A stretch of 64,000 nucleotides of DNA, taken from assembly GCF_964204645.1 (NCBI RefSeq), contig NC_134027.1, positions 20,980,560-21,044,559 of the forward strand, given 5' to 3'. The position numbers and the translations under genes are program-made. Shown in pieces: positions 1 through 12,269 of this stretch. The notes under the pieces are model-generated. The model saw nothing but the letters and a program-made list of their open reading frames with translations. It was not told the origin of the DNA and did not search any database. The first letter of the stretch is position 1; the number at the start of each line of letters is the position of its first letter. The DNA comes from Tubulanus polymorphus (lineage: Eukaryota; Animalia; Nemertea).

Positions 1-134
1 AATTTGAGGGGTTTTTGAGGGATTTGAGGGGCTGTAAGAACCATGCTACACTAATACATGTATATTCATCCAAGACGAGTTTATAGATAACATCACATGT
101 AAATAACAGAAACATTTATGTATTTCGCTGCAAT

Positions 135-1025
135 TTACAAGAACAAATCATCTAAATATTCCTCAAATTCGTCGTCCTTTGATTTTTCAACGTCCAATTT
201 CACCGGTCCTTCCCAAATCGAAGTCGACGCCTGCGAGTCGACTGTTTTTACGTTTTTCTCGGCAGATTTCTCGCCCACAGACTGTTTTTCGGTCGTCCCC
301 GTCGATCGACGACTCGTCGACGGACCTTTGACGACTTCGCGTTTTCGACTGTTGTAATTCAACTTATACGAACACCGCGGGCACAAACGTAATTTCACCA
401 ACGCGTTTTTCTTTTCGTTCGCTTCTACGTACGCGAAGTTCACTTCCCAACTGCGCAGCCCTTCGCTTTCCGCGCACTTCTTATTCCCGCAAACGAACTG
501 CCCCTTGCCGGCAATCAGCTCCTTCTCGATTCTCCAACGCAACGCGATTTTATTCTCTTTGTACCGACTCAAATCGGCAATGCAATATTCCTTGAACAAC
601 TTATCGTAATATTTCTTCGCCAGTTTTTTCTCCCACGTCAACGAATCGTCGTCCCGTTCGTCGTCGTCGTCCCAGAGAAATCGATGGTTCTCTCTGATGA
701 TGTCCAAGTCGGTTTTATCGCGCGACGAGTCGCGTCCGAAGTCGCTCTTGCTACCGTTGTAGTACATCAGATAATTGTTCACCATCATCTTGTGACGGGA
801 GTAAGCGTCCATGCTCAGAACGTGGAACCGTCGTATACGCGCTTCTTCCCGGTCGCTTTCCGATTCGTGCAGTCGTTTCGAAGGCGGTACCGCCGCGACG
901 TCAGACGATTTCGCGCGATCGTCTCCGGCGAGGTCGCGGCGTCGTTTTCGCTTATTTTCGACTTCGGAATCGTTTTCGAATTCCGAGCCGTAATCACCGC
1001 CTTGGTGCAGCGTAACGAAATCCAT
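135..1025 (-). CDS. FRA10AC1: Protein FRA10AC1 homolog (spliceosome-associated), single coding exon
   Basis: The ORF carries family motifs I recognise: DLDIIRENHRFLW, WEKKLAKKYYDKLFKEYCIADLS, GKGQFVCGNKKC, LRSWEVNFAYVE, KNALVKLRLCPRCSYKLNY and C-terminal FEEYLDDLFL. The start is probably ATG 1025 rather than 1082, because a minus-strand acceptor (tattttcAG, 1036-1035) lies just upstream of it, implying a 5'UTR intron. Confidence 0.93.
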   Translation of the reverse strand: MDFVTLHQGGDYGSEFENDSEVENKRKRRRDLAGDDRAKSSDVAAVPPSKRLHESESDREEARIRRFHVLSMDAYSRHKMMVNNYLMYYNGSKSDFGRDSSRDKTDLDIIRENHRFLWDDDDERDDDSLTWEKKLAKKYYDKLFKEYCIADLSRYKENKIALRWRIEKELIAGKGQFVCGNKKCAESEGLRSWEVNFAYVEANEKKNALVKLRLCPRCSYKLNYNSRKREVVKGPSTSRRSTGTTEKQSVGEKSAEKNVKTVDSQASTSIWEGPVKLDVEKSKDDEFEEYLDDLFL

Positions 1026-1155
1026 TTTCTCGATCTGAAAATATAAAGATAAGTTAAAACTTCGTAATAATCTGATGATCAAATTTTTGGTATTTGCTAA
1101 TTGGTAGGTACATCAAGTTTCAATGATGACATCAACTGAAAACTTAAACTGGATA

Positions 1156-1995
1156 GGGGATCATTCATTCATTACACACGCATTAGGGGAGGGGGGAGGG
1201 GTAAGTGCAATTACTAACTGTAATGATTATTGTATATGAACTAGGGGTTCAGGGACACCATGCCCACTTGGGAAGTGGTTCCAAATGCTCAACAATCTAA
1301 CAATTTCAATATTCAACGCCCCCTGGTGACCATATACAAAAACCAATGCGAAACCTTGAAACTCACCACAATCATAGAACATGTCAGCAGCTACAATTTT
1401 GTAATTGATTGTGATAACAAAATATGCCTCGTTACCAATTTAATATGGAAAAACTAAGTTATTCTACTATTTAACGCCCCCTGGTGACCATATTCAAAAC
1501 CCAATGACCTCGAAACTTACCACATTCATAGAACATGTCATGAACTACAACTTTGCAATTGATCATGGTAACAAAATATGCCTAGGTACCAATATAATAA
1601 GGAAATATTAAGTTATTCTACTATTCAACGCCCCCTGGTGACCATATATAATAACCAATGTCCTTAAAACTCGCAACAATAGTAGTTGATGTCATGAGCT
1701 ACAACTTTCCAATTGATTGTGGTTACAAAATATGCATAGGTACGAATATAATATAGAAATGCTAAGATATTGCATTATTCAACGCCCCCTGGTGGCCATA
1801 TACAAAATCCAATGACCTTGAAACTCACTACAATCATAGAACACGTTATGAGCTACAACTTTCTAAATGATTGTGGTAACAAAATACGCTTAGGCATCAA
1901 TATAAAGTCCCAAGTGGGCTAAAAAATGGCCGATTTTGCATACAGGGGGGTTGAAAAAGTCAAATTCCGTGCGTACGTAATAAATGAATGATCCC
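1156..1995. mobile_element. TIR MITE (PIF/Harbinger-like) hosting a nested Helentron-like element
   Basis: Inverted ends GGGGATCATTCATTCATTACACACGCA (1156) and TGCGTACGTAATAAATGAATGATCCC (~1970-1995). Superfamily is a guess from the GGG terminus. Confidence 0.55.
1239..1926 (-). mobile_element. Helentron-associated (HINE/DINE-1-like) non-autonomous element with ~4 x 154-bp internal tandem repeats
   Basis: On the minus strand it starts TTTTTAGCCCACTTGGGAC and ends with the inverted subterminal CCCAAGTGGGC followed by CTAGTT. The unit marker CGCCCCCTGGTG recurs at ~1317, 1475, 1629 and 1783. Confidence 0.7.
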
Positions 1996-2700
1996 TAGTA
2001 CTACAGGGGCTTGTCGCATTTGATAGTGAATGGGTGAAACCAAAAATACATCCTCTCTACGTATTTTTGATGAAACTAGTATCACCGCGTTCAACACTAG
2101 TATCCCTGTAGGGACTTCCAGGTCGGGTTTGATGGCGGTTTAATCCACGATCAAGACAATTGTGACAAGTCCTGGCTGATATTTCTCAAAAGCCAATTAT
2201 GATCTAATTGTTTCAGTTCAGGACCGGGGTCTTTAGTTAGTTACCTAATCGTTGGTGGTAAGCTTTAATAATCGGATGGGCTTATACCGGTTGGTATAAG
2301 GTAAAGCTGTGGTTTGTGAAAATATCTGATCGTGAAAATAAGAGACAGTTTACTGACTAGGGGTCCCATTACTACATTATTGCATAGTTAATACACGCGA
2401 TCACAGCACAGGGCACGTCACAAATGGTCCTGTACGGATACAGGGGTTAGTCATTGATACTGATTCTACTTGTTAACTGTCCACATGTAGATCACGCAGA
2501 GAGTAGACCTAATCCCAGAATGAAGACGTAGAAATTAATCAAAATGATAGGGGGAGCAGGGATTGCGTCATTGAAAAAGTGCTTTGGAAATCATCCAACT
2601 GGGTGAAGAAATAAATGAAGTTGCGTCAGGTGACTGCGGTAAATGTTGCTACTGGTACTCGATTTACTGTCACCTGCACAGGAGCTCGTATTAGAGTTTG

Positions 2701-2909
2701 TTTTTTTTTTGGTTTTACATCACTTGGATCTTGGTTTCCCAAGACTAAACATATTGGATTATTCATTTAACCTCACGACAGGAGGGCCTTTGAAGTGTTG
2801 CCCGCACACTGTAAGCAGTCAGCAGGACTTGAACCCAATTGTCACTCAGCACTGATAGTGGATGCAACAGTACCATGCCTTAGGCCTATCTCACTGAGCT
2901 ACTGAGGCC
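2701..2909 (-). mobile_element. tRNA-derived SINE
   Basis: Minus-strand A-box TAGCTCAGTGAG (2901-2890), B-box GGTTCAAGTCC (2835-2825) and A10 tail (2710-2701). No intact cloverleaf. Confidence 0.6.
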
Positions 2910-3174
2910 GCTATAGCAAGGGACTTGAATATGGGCTTTGATAATGGATAAATACTTAATAATTCACCACCGATATGTAATTGCTATTCGATCATCCGCC
3001 ATGTTTTATAATGAATTTTCCCATAATGCAACAACGCGCACCCCTCGTCTATGTATTGGATTGTATAGGCCTTCTCCATATCTCCATAATGCTTAAATCT
3101 ACCCGCAAACACTTACAGGACAGTACCTACAATTCAATTCAATATATCTATTTGCATAGGAGAGGCAAACATAT

Positions 3175-3354
3175 CACAGGGGCTTGTATCAAAAGTTTGG
3201 GGGTGAACTGAAGCTTAGATCATCCAGTATCCCTGGTACTAAATATATAAAAATATATATATTTTTATATATATATTTTTATATATATAGTACCAGGGAT
3301 ACTGGATGATCTAAGCTACAGTTCACCCCCAAACTTTTGATACGAGCCCCTGTG
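3175..3354. mobile_element. 180-bp palindromic MITE with 8-bp TSD (P-element-like termini)
   Basis: Near-perfect foldback CACAGGGGCTTGTATCAAAAG...CTTTTGATACGAGCCCCTGTG around an AT-repeat centre. Exact flanking duplication AAACATAT at 3167-3174 and 3355-3362. CACAG fits the CANRG terminus of P superfamily elements. Confidence 0.85.
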
Positions 3355-3589
3355 AAACATATATACAATCTACGCAGGCCTAGCAAAGCCAGAAAGGCCG
3401 CTTGACCCAAACGTTAGCACCCATGCAGTAATACAGAATAAAGTACCGTAATAACAATACACAAATTATACAAATAGAATTAACAATATGACTCTATCAG
3501 AATGTGGATGCGTAATGATTAACTCTGATACGAGTCCCTGAATCACCCGAAACCCTGCATAAAAAATTTAAAACATCTGGTTACATAGC

Positions 3590-3830
3590 CATCGATCGGT
3601 GGTAATTAGCACGACCGAATATATTCCGAGCCCGCTTTCTCAACGCTTTTTTAATCGAATGTGGACTTTCTTCATACATAGATCGGTAGAGTATTCGAAA
3701 ATCTTACGTTTAAACGAATTTCTGCAAAAGTTATTCAATTTACATCGATGTTTATGTCGTTATAATCGATTGTGTTGTCATCTCATCGATCGAACTGCAA
3801 ATGTCAGGCGTTCAAGTTCTCAAGGTCGGG
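3590..3830. promoter_or_regulatory. Putative compact bidirectional promoter of FRA10AC1 and the zinc-finger gene
   Basis: Minus-strand donor AAAC|GTAAGA at 3707 and plus-strand donor AAG|GTCGGG at 3824 face outward. Four ATCGAT (DRE-core) motifs at 3591, 3744, 3765 and 3785. Both genes have a splice acceptor just upstream of their ATG. Confidence 0.4.
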
Positions 3831-4242
3831 TGGATCCCTACATTGAATTGAATTGAATTTAAATTGAAGTTTGCAAAAATCGAGAAAACGGAAGGAAATT
3901 GGCCGAATCTAACATCTATTTGGCACTTTTAAGATGTTAAGCCGTGTACATTGAGAAGCTAATGCCAGAGAGGTCGTATCGCTTCTTCACACAAGACTTC
4001 TCTGAGGGTAGAGTCCTCAGTCTAGCTAGGCTCAGTGAGTATCCTCTGCTGGCTCTAATTTTAATTAATTTAAAATTAGTCTGAATACCACCAGTCCAGT
4101 CGTTGTTACGGTTCTAACTACTGAGAGGAACAACGGCTAGGTACTAGACTACCTCTGGCTCTGTCTGGACTCCTCCTCCCGCTCCATCCCTGCACCAGTG
4201 ATACAGTACACTGTCACTGTCACCTGTTTCACCCAGTCCTGG

Positions 4243-5234
4243 CCACGGGCTCGTCACGATAGCTAGGCGGGGGGATCCAAAATCAAGGATTTGATCCAGT
4301 ATCCTATAGTACCACCTATATTCTATTATATGCGGTACCTGGCTTGAATTACGGTCAAAACGTCTTCGTTTCGAAACGTCCTCATGCCAAAACGTCCTCC
4401 AGTCAATGGGCTTATACCAACGTTAGGTTTAACGTTGGTATAAGCCCATCCGATTATATTTCGTATTCAGAATATATAGAATGTTTTGGGCATTTGAAGC
4501 CCTCAATCATCAAAATCGGTGAAGGATTTTGCGTCGAACTCAACGTTTGAAATTTCGAAAATCGAAGAAAGCCGGCGCCACAGCATTTTCGGTCCAGGCG
4601 ATTTCGGTCCGAATTTCGCGCTCAAAGACATATAATCCATGAACTATTATTCATTGGAAGTTAACGAGATAAGTTTCATTAGAAGCAAGAAGCTATTAGC
4701 TTTCATATCATGCCTGGATTATCGAAATCAGATTAGAAATAACGAAATAGTAAGTGACTGAAGTTGAGTAGTTTGTGAGCGTCGTTAGCCCCCTTGTTAT
4801 TTTATATATAATATATACATCGGATTAACAGATTATCGTTTTTACATTACCTACAACTCTGATACGAGCCCCTGTGGTTCTTAAAACCAATACTCCGAGG
4901 CAGGCGAAATCTTCGTCAGCCGGCGCGTCATTAAGACTACTCTACAACCGACATCGTCGATCGTAACACATACAACAACTCAAAGTGCTTTATCGTCCCC
5001 GTGCGAACACCAAACAGTACAAACACTTCTTTGTTGAAACACTGCCAGAAAATATCATCTGCTCTGGTACAACTGAGTTGACGCCCAGCTCAGTAAAAAT
5101 TAACCTAACTTGCACTCTCCCCTACCCGTCGTATTAATGCCGATATCGGATACCGCAACGTAATACTACATATTACAGATTACTGGGACAAATCTTTGAC
5201 TTTGTACCCCCAGCTATCGTGACGAGCCCCTGTG
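4243..5234. mobile_element. Second P-like TIR element (related termini), internally rearranged
   Basis: ~55-bp imperfect TIRs: CACGGGCTCGTCACGATAGCT...AAGGATTTGATCCAGTA versus TACTGGGACAAATCTTTG...AGCTATCGTGACGAGCCCCTGTG. A further end TGATACGAGCCCCTGTG lies at ~4860. Confidence 0.55.
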
Positions 5235-6903
5235 TACACGTCGGTAATAAGAAACATCGTTATATATTATATGGAACAGAGACTTGCAAACCGGTCACCA
5301 CTCTCGACAGGAACTGGTGAAAGGAAGGGCTTCTCTACGGAGAATGCTCATAATGAAAACTTTTTTTGAGCATTTGATTTTTTCGCGATGCGGCTCCGGT
5401 TACGAAGTAAGGGCATGCACACAGTAGAATTCTGACTTGCAATGTTGGGATTCGGAACCAAATGAAAAAATATAGTACTTTGCCCACTGAGCCACAGCAC
5501 ACGACTGGAAGCTAGATGAGTTGATTTATATAGCCTCACCTAACCCTAACCCTATTCTTTCACGCATGCGTTTACGTTTTTCGTGGACAATTAGTCACCG
5601 TGTCGATTTTGATGTGGCCAATTCATGCCGAATTGGCAAAAACTCCCTGCAGTTTGAATCTATTCTCCTCCCCGTTTCAAAAACTTGTCCAAAAAGTATC
5701 AGAACCCAAAAAGCATGAAACGACGATGGTTAAGTTAATCACATTACATAACCTTAGTGATGCGGAGAGAAAGATTCTACTTAAAACAAATATTAGGGGC
5801 CGCCTTTTTAGAAATCTAATCGTCAATTTGCTCCTTGAGTGTGTCGATCAATGAGTTATCAGCATAATGTTTACTACGATAATGTCCAGTCTGCAAAATA
5901 TCTACTGCCAAAAAATAATTGTAATTAGTAAGGGTTTAGGGACCTGATCTAGTCTGTGGTTTAGTTTCACAATGAGATATTTTCACAAACCACAGCTTTA
6001 CCTTACTTACACCAGTTGGCATAAACCCACCCGATTATAAAGGCTTACCACCAAGGATTAGGTAACTAACTAGATCTGATTGAGTCTGAATACCAGTCTG
6101 AATTGGACGCATTCCCATGGAAAAAATCGCTGGATACTAGACTAGACGTGATCATTAATAATCAAATCATTTTGGCCTTCAATCAAATGGGCTTTCGCAA
6201 AAATATCCGCAGACAGTTTACTGCCTAGTTCAAGGGTTGTTTAGGGCTAGATTTGTGGGTTAGTCCGTATAGAGGGAAAGGTTAGTTGCGCGATACGACC
6301 AGGGAAATTTTGACAGGCAGCAAAACCTATCTAATGTGTATTTCAACTTAGCTTGAAAGGATGTTGGGTCAATCAGTTTTGGTAGTACATTGGCCTACCT
6401 GATATACCGGTAGATAGAAGTACCAGAATGGATGGGCAGTTGAACTGAAACATCAATTTTATTAATTCATTTTACATTGTATTGAAGGTTTGCCAAAAAG
6501 TCTTCTTTAATAGGGCTCATAGAAACGAGACACCATTGTCTTAGATAAACCCATTCCAAGAAGATGGCTCTAAGTCTAAGAAGGCTTTTTGGCAATCCGT
6601 CATTACAGTGTAAATTGGATTAGAAATTAAAGTTTCAGTTCAGCTGTCCATCTGTGCTGGTCCTACATCAGGTATGTACTACAAAAACTGACCGAACCAG
6701 GCGACCAGACGTCCTCTCAAGCAAAGTTGAAATAGACATAGAAGTTAGGACAATATGTAGTACTAGCACAGGTTGTGGTTTATGGGTTTTAATCTGGTTT
6801 TTTTCACCAATTTCCCATGCATTACTTGGCTTGTTTTATTAGTCTCGCTAACATAATTCCGAAGATCTTCTACTCTCATATTTTTAGACGTAACTCCCTG
6901 AGA

Positions 6904-9900
6904 ATGGATATTGGCATGACTAATGTTGATGAAAGTAATGATTCCATGTTTCAACAAGAAAAAGCTTTCAGAGTTGAAGTAGAATTACAAGGTAAAGCAT
7001 TCAATCAGAACTTTTCATTTAATAAGACAGCTGTTGTGCAGGAATCAATCTGCAGCCTGGAACCACCCTTTCAGATATTCACTGATTTTTGTGAGGCTTT
7101 TTAGAAATTTTGTTGGATAAAAAGTCTTATTTTCTTAATATATACAGGCATATCAGGCATTTTAAGCCCACTTGGGAATTCAGTCCCAATGGTAAAGTCT
7201 TGAAATTTGGTTTATACATGTTTATACCATTGTAGACACATCTGCAGCCCAACTGGCTCAATCAAAATTAAGATAACCGACAGGCAGCCATTAATATTCA
7301 GGACATTTTCACATTTTTGCAGTTTTCATGGAAATTTTGAAGTAACCTCAATCAATTACCTTGATCTTTCATTCCCCCTCCCCAAGGCCCATCAGCATAA
7401 GAGAAATTGGGTTAATCGGACCCATGATGGTGTCCCATTACAATTTTTGTCCCGAAAAGGTCATTTTGGCCTAGATTCAGAGACCTGTAGCTTCCTTACA
7501 GTTGGCCATTTTTATTGAAATTCAAGATGGGTATTGGGTGGGGACCTGTGTGTGTGTTTTTAAATCAGTCAATTGTCATGCAATTGGCGGTCATTTTAGT
7601 GTTATCAGTCCTCATTTGTAGATGGAAAACGGTTTTTTAGGAAAATATCAACAGGTTTTTAGTTTTAAGTCTTGATATTTGATACTTATTAGCATTGTCA
7701 TGGGATAGGCCTATATCTCCTCAGTTGGAATTTGGAGCACTGCAAAGGATACATCTCACATGGAAATGGGATTACCTAGTTATTCTTTCTCGCCACCAGG
7801 GGGAGTTGAATATTGAATTATATACAATAGGCATATGTTTTGTTACCACAACAAATCATTGTGGGGAGTTTGAAGGTCATTGGTTTCATGTTCACCAGGG
7901 GATGTAAGGTATTGAAACAGACATCAAACATCTGAGCGGGTGGGTCCACGCATCAGATTGACTGGAAATTTATCAGATTGCTGTACTACATATATTATTT
8001 AGTACCAATTGAAAAAGATACTCAAAGTACCAAAGGCTTAGCAGTTTTATGTTCTTTTTAATTTCAGTTGATGGTGAGCATTTTCAAGATGTATTTATTT
8101 GTGGACAATGCACGACTCCATTTTCGGATGTGAAAGAATTTCTCCTCCATAAAGCAACGCGTAAGTTTATAATGACCATTTTTAGCTTGTTATGATATCC
8201 TAGCTCCGACTACACTAGAATTTGCATGGCTCAGCTGAAAAAATATCTATTGTTCCCATGAGACACGAGGCAAGTAGTTTACTGTTCTCTATATTTCAGA
8301 TGCTACAACAATCGGGGAATTGCAGAAATATCAATGCGATTTATGTAAACTTCACTTCTCAAGGATGTCAGTTTTAATCAAACATTATAAATCTCGCCAT
8401 CAAATTAACGTCATCGGCAATGGGGAAGGTATAGAGATGAAACCTGCGCTCAAACTGGACGATGCAAACCAGTTTGCGACTGAACCGAAAGAAGATGTAA
8501 ACATCCCTATCGATTCTTTGATTCGTAAAGAAAGTTCCGCGGTGCCATCTACCCGAAATTTAAGCGAACTGGATTTAGACGATTCATCGTTGCAACAACA
8601 CTTAGCAATTCCGGTCACCGAGCAATTGCCATTGCACGATGAGTCTGCAACTGTTTTGATGAGCGGGAATTCAAGTCATTTGAGCGGAGACGTGGAAGTG
8701 AATGAAATCTACCTGGAAATTGAGTCCGTACCGGGCGGTAAAACGACTTCGAATACAAATAAATCTTGTCCTCCCGATTATAATCAAATTAAACCAGAGA
8801 TCGATTTCTTTTTCGTGTTATCGATGGTTACGATTGAGGAAGGCGCATTCGAATACGCGAGCGGGACTTTTCGCTGCGTTTACTGCGCGTTCAAGTCGTC
8901 CCAACAGATGGCGCTAGTCGGCCACGTGCATAAACACCACGGTGACAAGTTAGGCACCGAAGACATCCCGGCGAATTTGCAAGTCAACGCCGAGGACACG
9001 CTGATGAGGATTTCCACGTATCGCAACGAATACCGACAGGAAGGGACGAAGCGCGCGAGCGTCGGTCGACCGGCGGTGAAAAAAAGTTCATCGTCGAAAT
9101 CTCGTCAGCGCAATGTCGAACACCAGGACGTACCGGGAACATATTACTGCGTAAAATGCAATAAAGTGTTCAGTCGGTTGCGGTATCTACGGCGACACCG
9201 CGTCGTGCACGACGACGAAAAGGTCTACACGTGCGAAGTGTGCGGCAAACAATTCAAAACGAAGTCGTACTTGCACGCGCATCAAAAGTCGCACACGGAA
9301 AAACGCTTCCAATGCGATCAGTGCGACTTCGTGTCGACGAACAACACGTTGATTCACGCGCATCGACAATTGCACAGTAATGGCAGCGTGCTGTGCGACA
9401 TCTGCGGCTTCGCGTATTCCGATAAGTCGTCGTTGGCAAAGCATAAACAAGTCCACGATCCGAAGCGACCGTTCATGTGCACGTTCGAGGGTTGCACGTG
9501 GCGTTTCAAGTCGGACACGATGCTCAAAGCGCACGTACGTGCGCACACAACGTCCGGTAAATTCAAGTGTTGCCTTTGCGGATACAGCTTCCGTCACAAG
9601 CATCACCTGCAACGCCACGAGCTAAAAACGCACGGAATACAACGCGTGAAAGCCGTTTACGACCACGAATCGTATAAATCCGACGCGGACGATTTGGGAT
9701 TGTTGGTAACGGACGGCGACGGCGAAACGATGCAATATTTACCGCCGCAGTTAGTACTAGCTGCCGCCGACGAACAGGGAACGTCGATTTCGGTGGAAGC
9801 TAGTGATTTGACGACTTTGAATATCGCGTATCAGACTTTATTTCAACAAACTTCGGATGTGCAGATTGACGGAGACACGCAAACGTTAGGTTTATCGGTT

Positions 9901-9921
9901 ATTACCGATTCTATTCAATAA
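6904..9921 (+). CDS. C2H2 zinc-finger protein, ~600 aa, 9 fingers
   Basis: Exons 6904-6991, 8068-8160 and 8300-9921 are joined by phase-1 GT-AG introns (1803 nt, open). Splicing completes a finger CGQC...FLLHKATH. Further fingers are CDLC, CVYC and a tandem run of six (CVKC, CEVC, CDQC, CDIC, CTFEGC, CCLC). Confidence 0.9.
7160..7965 (+). mobile_element. Diverged HINE-like copy in an intron of the zinc-finger gene
   Basis: Starts TTTTAAGCCCACTTGGGAA, shares internal blocks with 10951-12262, contains CCACCAGGGGGAG at ~7793 and a terminal hairpin at ~7931-7957. Confidence 0.55.
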
Positions 9922-10950
9922 TGAATAAATAATGGAAAAGATAATTGAATTCATATCACTAGTTAAGTTTGTACGTTCCTTCACAACATGTTGTGCATCT
10001 TCTCAGCTCGGATTCGAATCTGATGGCCTTGCAACACTTGCCATGGCACGAAACCCAGCCTGATTAGACCCAATGTGCATGCGCACCGAAGCCATGCAAA
10101 AAATTTTCTATGCCAATCAGATTCCTTCTTGTAAAATCGCTCAGACAAATTTATGGATAGCAATAAAATAGAATGACCGGGGTACATGTGATGAAATGTG
10201 ATTTCTGATTTGCTTGCAATGACCTCATCATTTTGATGCACAAGTAGGCTAATCAGGCAGGGGTTTGTGAGATGGCAGAATCTTACAATGCCATCAGGTT
10301 CATATCCTTGCTGAGGGAGGATGCTGATGGATGTAACCTTGTTAACACAAACTCGGATATACGCTTGTATATCTTCTCAGATGCCGGGTATTACAACATT
10401 AGAATTTTGTCCCACTTAAGACTAATTTATGGATTTCATACTCAATAGAGATACACAATTCACAAATTTGTACTTGGGCATGTATCAAAAGTGGGAAAGC
10501 TCAAGGAGCATGTGCTCTTGTTGCAATTTTCTTGTGCCCTTTAAAAACGAACGGCTCTATTTTTCTGGATAATCTTTCCACCGATAACTAATAGACCTGC
10601 AGTTCACTGCCCAAGCTTTAATGTCAATTATGTGCCCAGCATTTTCGCAACCCACATTTTCAAATCTAGGGAAATTATGAAGTAGCTTTGAACCATACCT
10701 GATGTTTCATCACTCTGGGGCCCATCATCATAAGAAAAATAGGATCGATCAGACACAAAATGGCCGTCCTGCCCCATGATTTGTTTTCTGCCCAAAAATA
10801 CATACATATTTGTATTCCCCAAGGGCCAATCAGCATAAGAAAAATTGGGTCGATCCGACTCAAGCTAGCTGTCCTGTGACCTTTTTTGTGCGCAAAAATG
10901 TAAATTTTGGCCTGAATTCCGAGTCCTGTAGCTTCCTACTGGTTTGCCCT

Positions 10951-12262
10951 TTTTAGCCCACTTAGGACTTTAGGGACGCTATTGCGTTCACTTTTCTTCC
11001 GTCCAGCCATCCGTCCATAGACGGAATCCAGTTATTTTGGGAAGTTTTGAAGACACTTCAATGTAATGTCTTGATATTTGGGTTACACATGTATCTACCC
11101 TACAACCATCTTCAGCTCAAAACTGGCTCTGTCAGAATCAAGATGGCCGACTGGTAGACATTGTTGTTCGCCAAAATCGGCACTTTTTACACTTTGAACT
11201 TTTCGAGGGAAATTTTGAAGGCGCTTCGATCAATTTACATTGATCTTTCGTATATACTTGAATCCCTTCAGGGCTCATAAGCATAACAAAAACTGGGTCG
11301 ATCGGACTCAAGATGGCCGTCCTATGACCTTTTAAGTGCCCAAAAATGTCAATTTTGGCTCGAATTCTGAGTCATGTAGCTTCCTACTGGTTTGCTATTT
11401 CTCATTGCAATAGCTGATGGGTATTCTTTGGAAAGGGATGTTTTATCCCCGAGACAGGTGTTTTTGATTAGCCATTTATGACGCAATTGGCGGCCATCTT
11501 GGTGTCATCAGTACTCATTCGTAGGTGGGAAAATGTTTTTCGACATTCTATTGATGTTGTGAGTTTCAAGGTCATTGGTTTTTGTATATGGCCATCAGGG
11601 GGCGTTGAATAATACAATATCTTAGTATTTCTATATTATATTTGTACCAATGCATATTTTGTTACCACAATCAATTGCAAAGTTGTAGCTCATGACGTCG
11701 TCTATGATTGTGGTGAGTTTTAAGGACATTAGTTATTCTATATGGTCACCAGGGGGCGTTGAATAGTAGAATAACTTAGTATTTCCTAATTAGATTGGTA
11801 CCTAGGCATATTTTGTTACCATGAACAATTGCAAAGTTGTAGTTCATGACATGTTCTATGATTGTGGTGAGTTTGAAGGTCATTAGGTTTTGAATATGGT
11901 CACCAGGGGGCGTTGAATTGTAGAATTACTTAGTATTTCCATATTAAATTGGTAACGAGGCATATTTTGTTATCACATCAATTACAAAATCGTAGCTGCT
12001 AGGGAAATATCAGCAGGTTTTTACCTATAGCCTTGATATTTGATCACTATTAGCACCCTCAGAGGATACATCTCCTCACATGGAACATGGAATTGGGATC
12101 ATCCAATTCTTAGTTCTTGCCACCAGGGGGAGTTAAATATTGAATAATATTATACTATTTGTCTTTTTGTATTCATACCTATGCATATTTTATAACCACA
12201 ATCAATTGCTAAGTTGTAGCTGATGACATGTTGTACAATTGTGGTGAGTCATTTGTTTTTGT
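10951..12262 (+). mobile_element. HINE-like element with 154-bp tandem array, inverted relative to 1239-1926
   Basis: Starts TTTTAGCCCACTTAGGAC followed by a CCGTCC-type microsatellite. AGGGGGCGTTGAA recurs at ~11597, 11751 and 11905, with a degenerate copy at ~12125. A partial upstream copy occupies ~10650-10950. Confidence 0.7.
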
Positions 12263-12269
12263 ACATGCA

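Noticed and set aside
684-1046. Antisense and alternative-frame ORFs over FRA10AC1, and likewise 9187-9625 over the zinc-finger exon
   Set aside because: Shadow ORFs expected from CpG-rich codon usage.
1310-1880. Regularly spaced GC-rich motif resembling a CRISPR array
   Set aside because: The intervening sequence is also repeated (whole ~154-bp units), the context is eukaryotic and there are no cas genes.
2820-2910. Functional tRNA gene
   Set aside because: A and B boxes are present, but there is no convincing cloverleaf and the sequence continues into an A-tailed body, as in a SINE.
5538-5556. CCTAACCCTAACCCTA telomere-like repeat
   Set aside because: Only two to three units; such short runs are common in invertebrate repeats.
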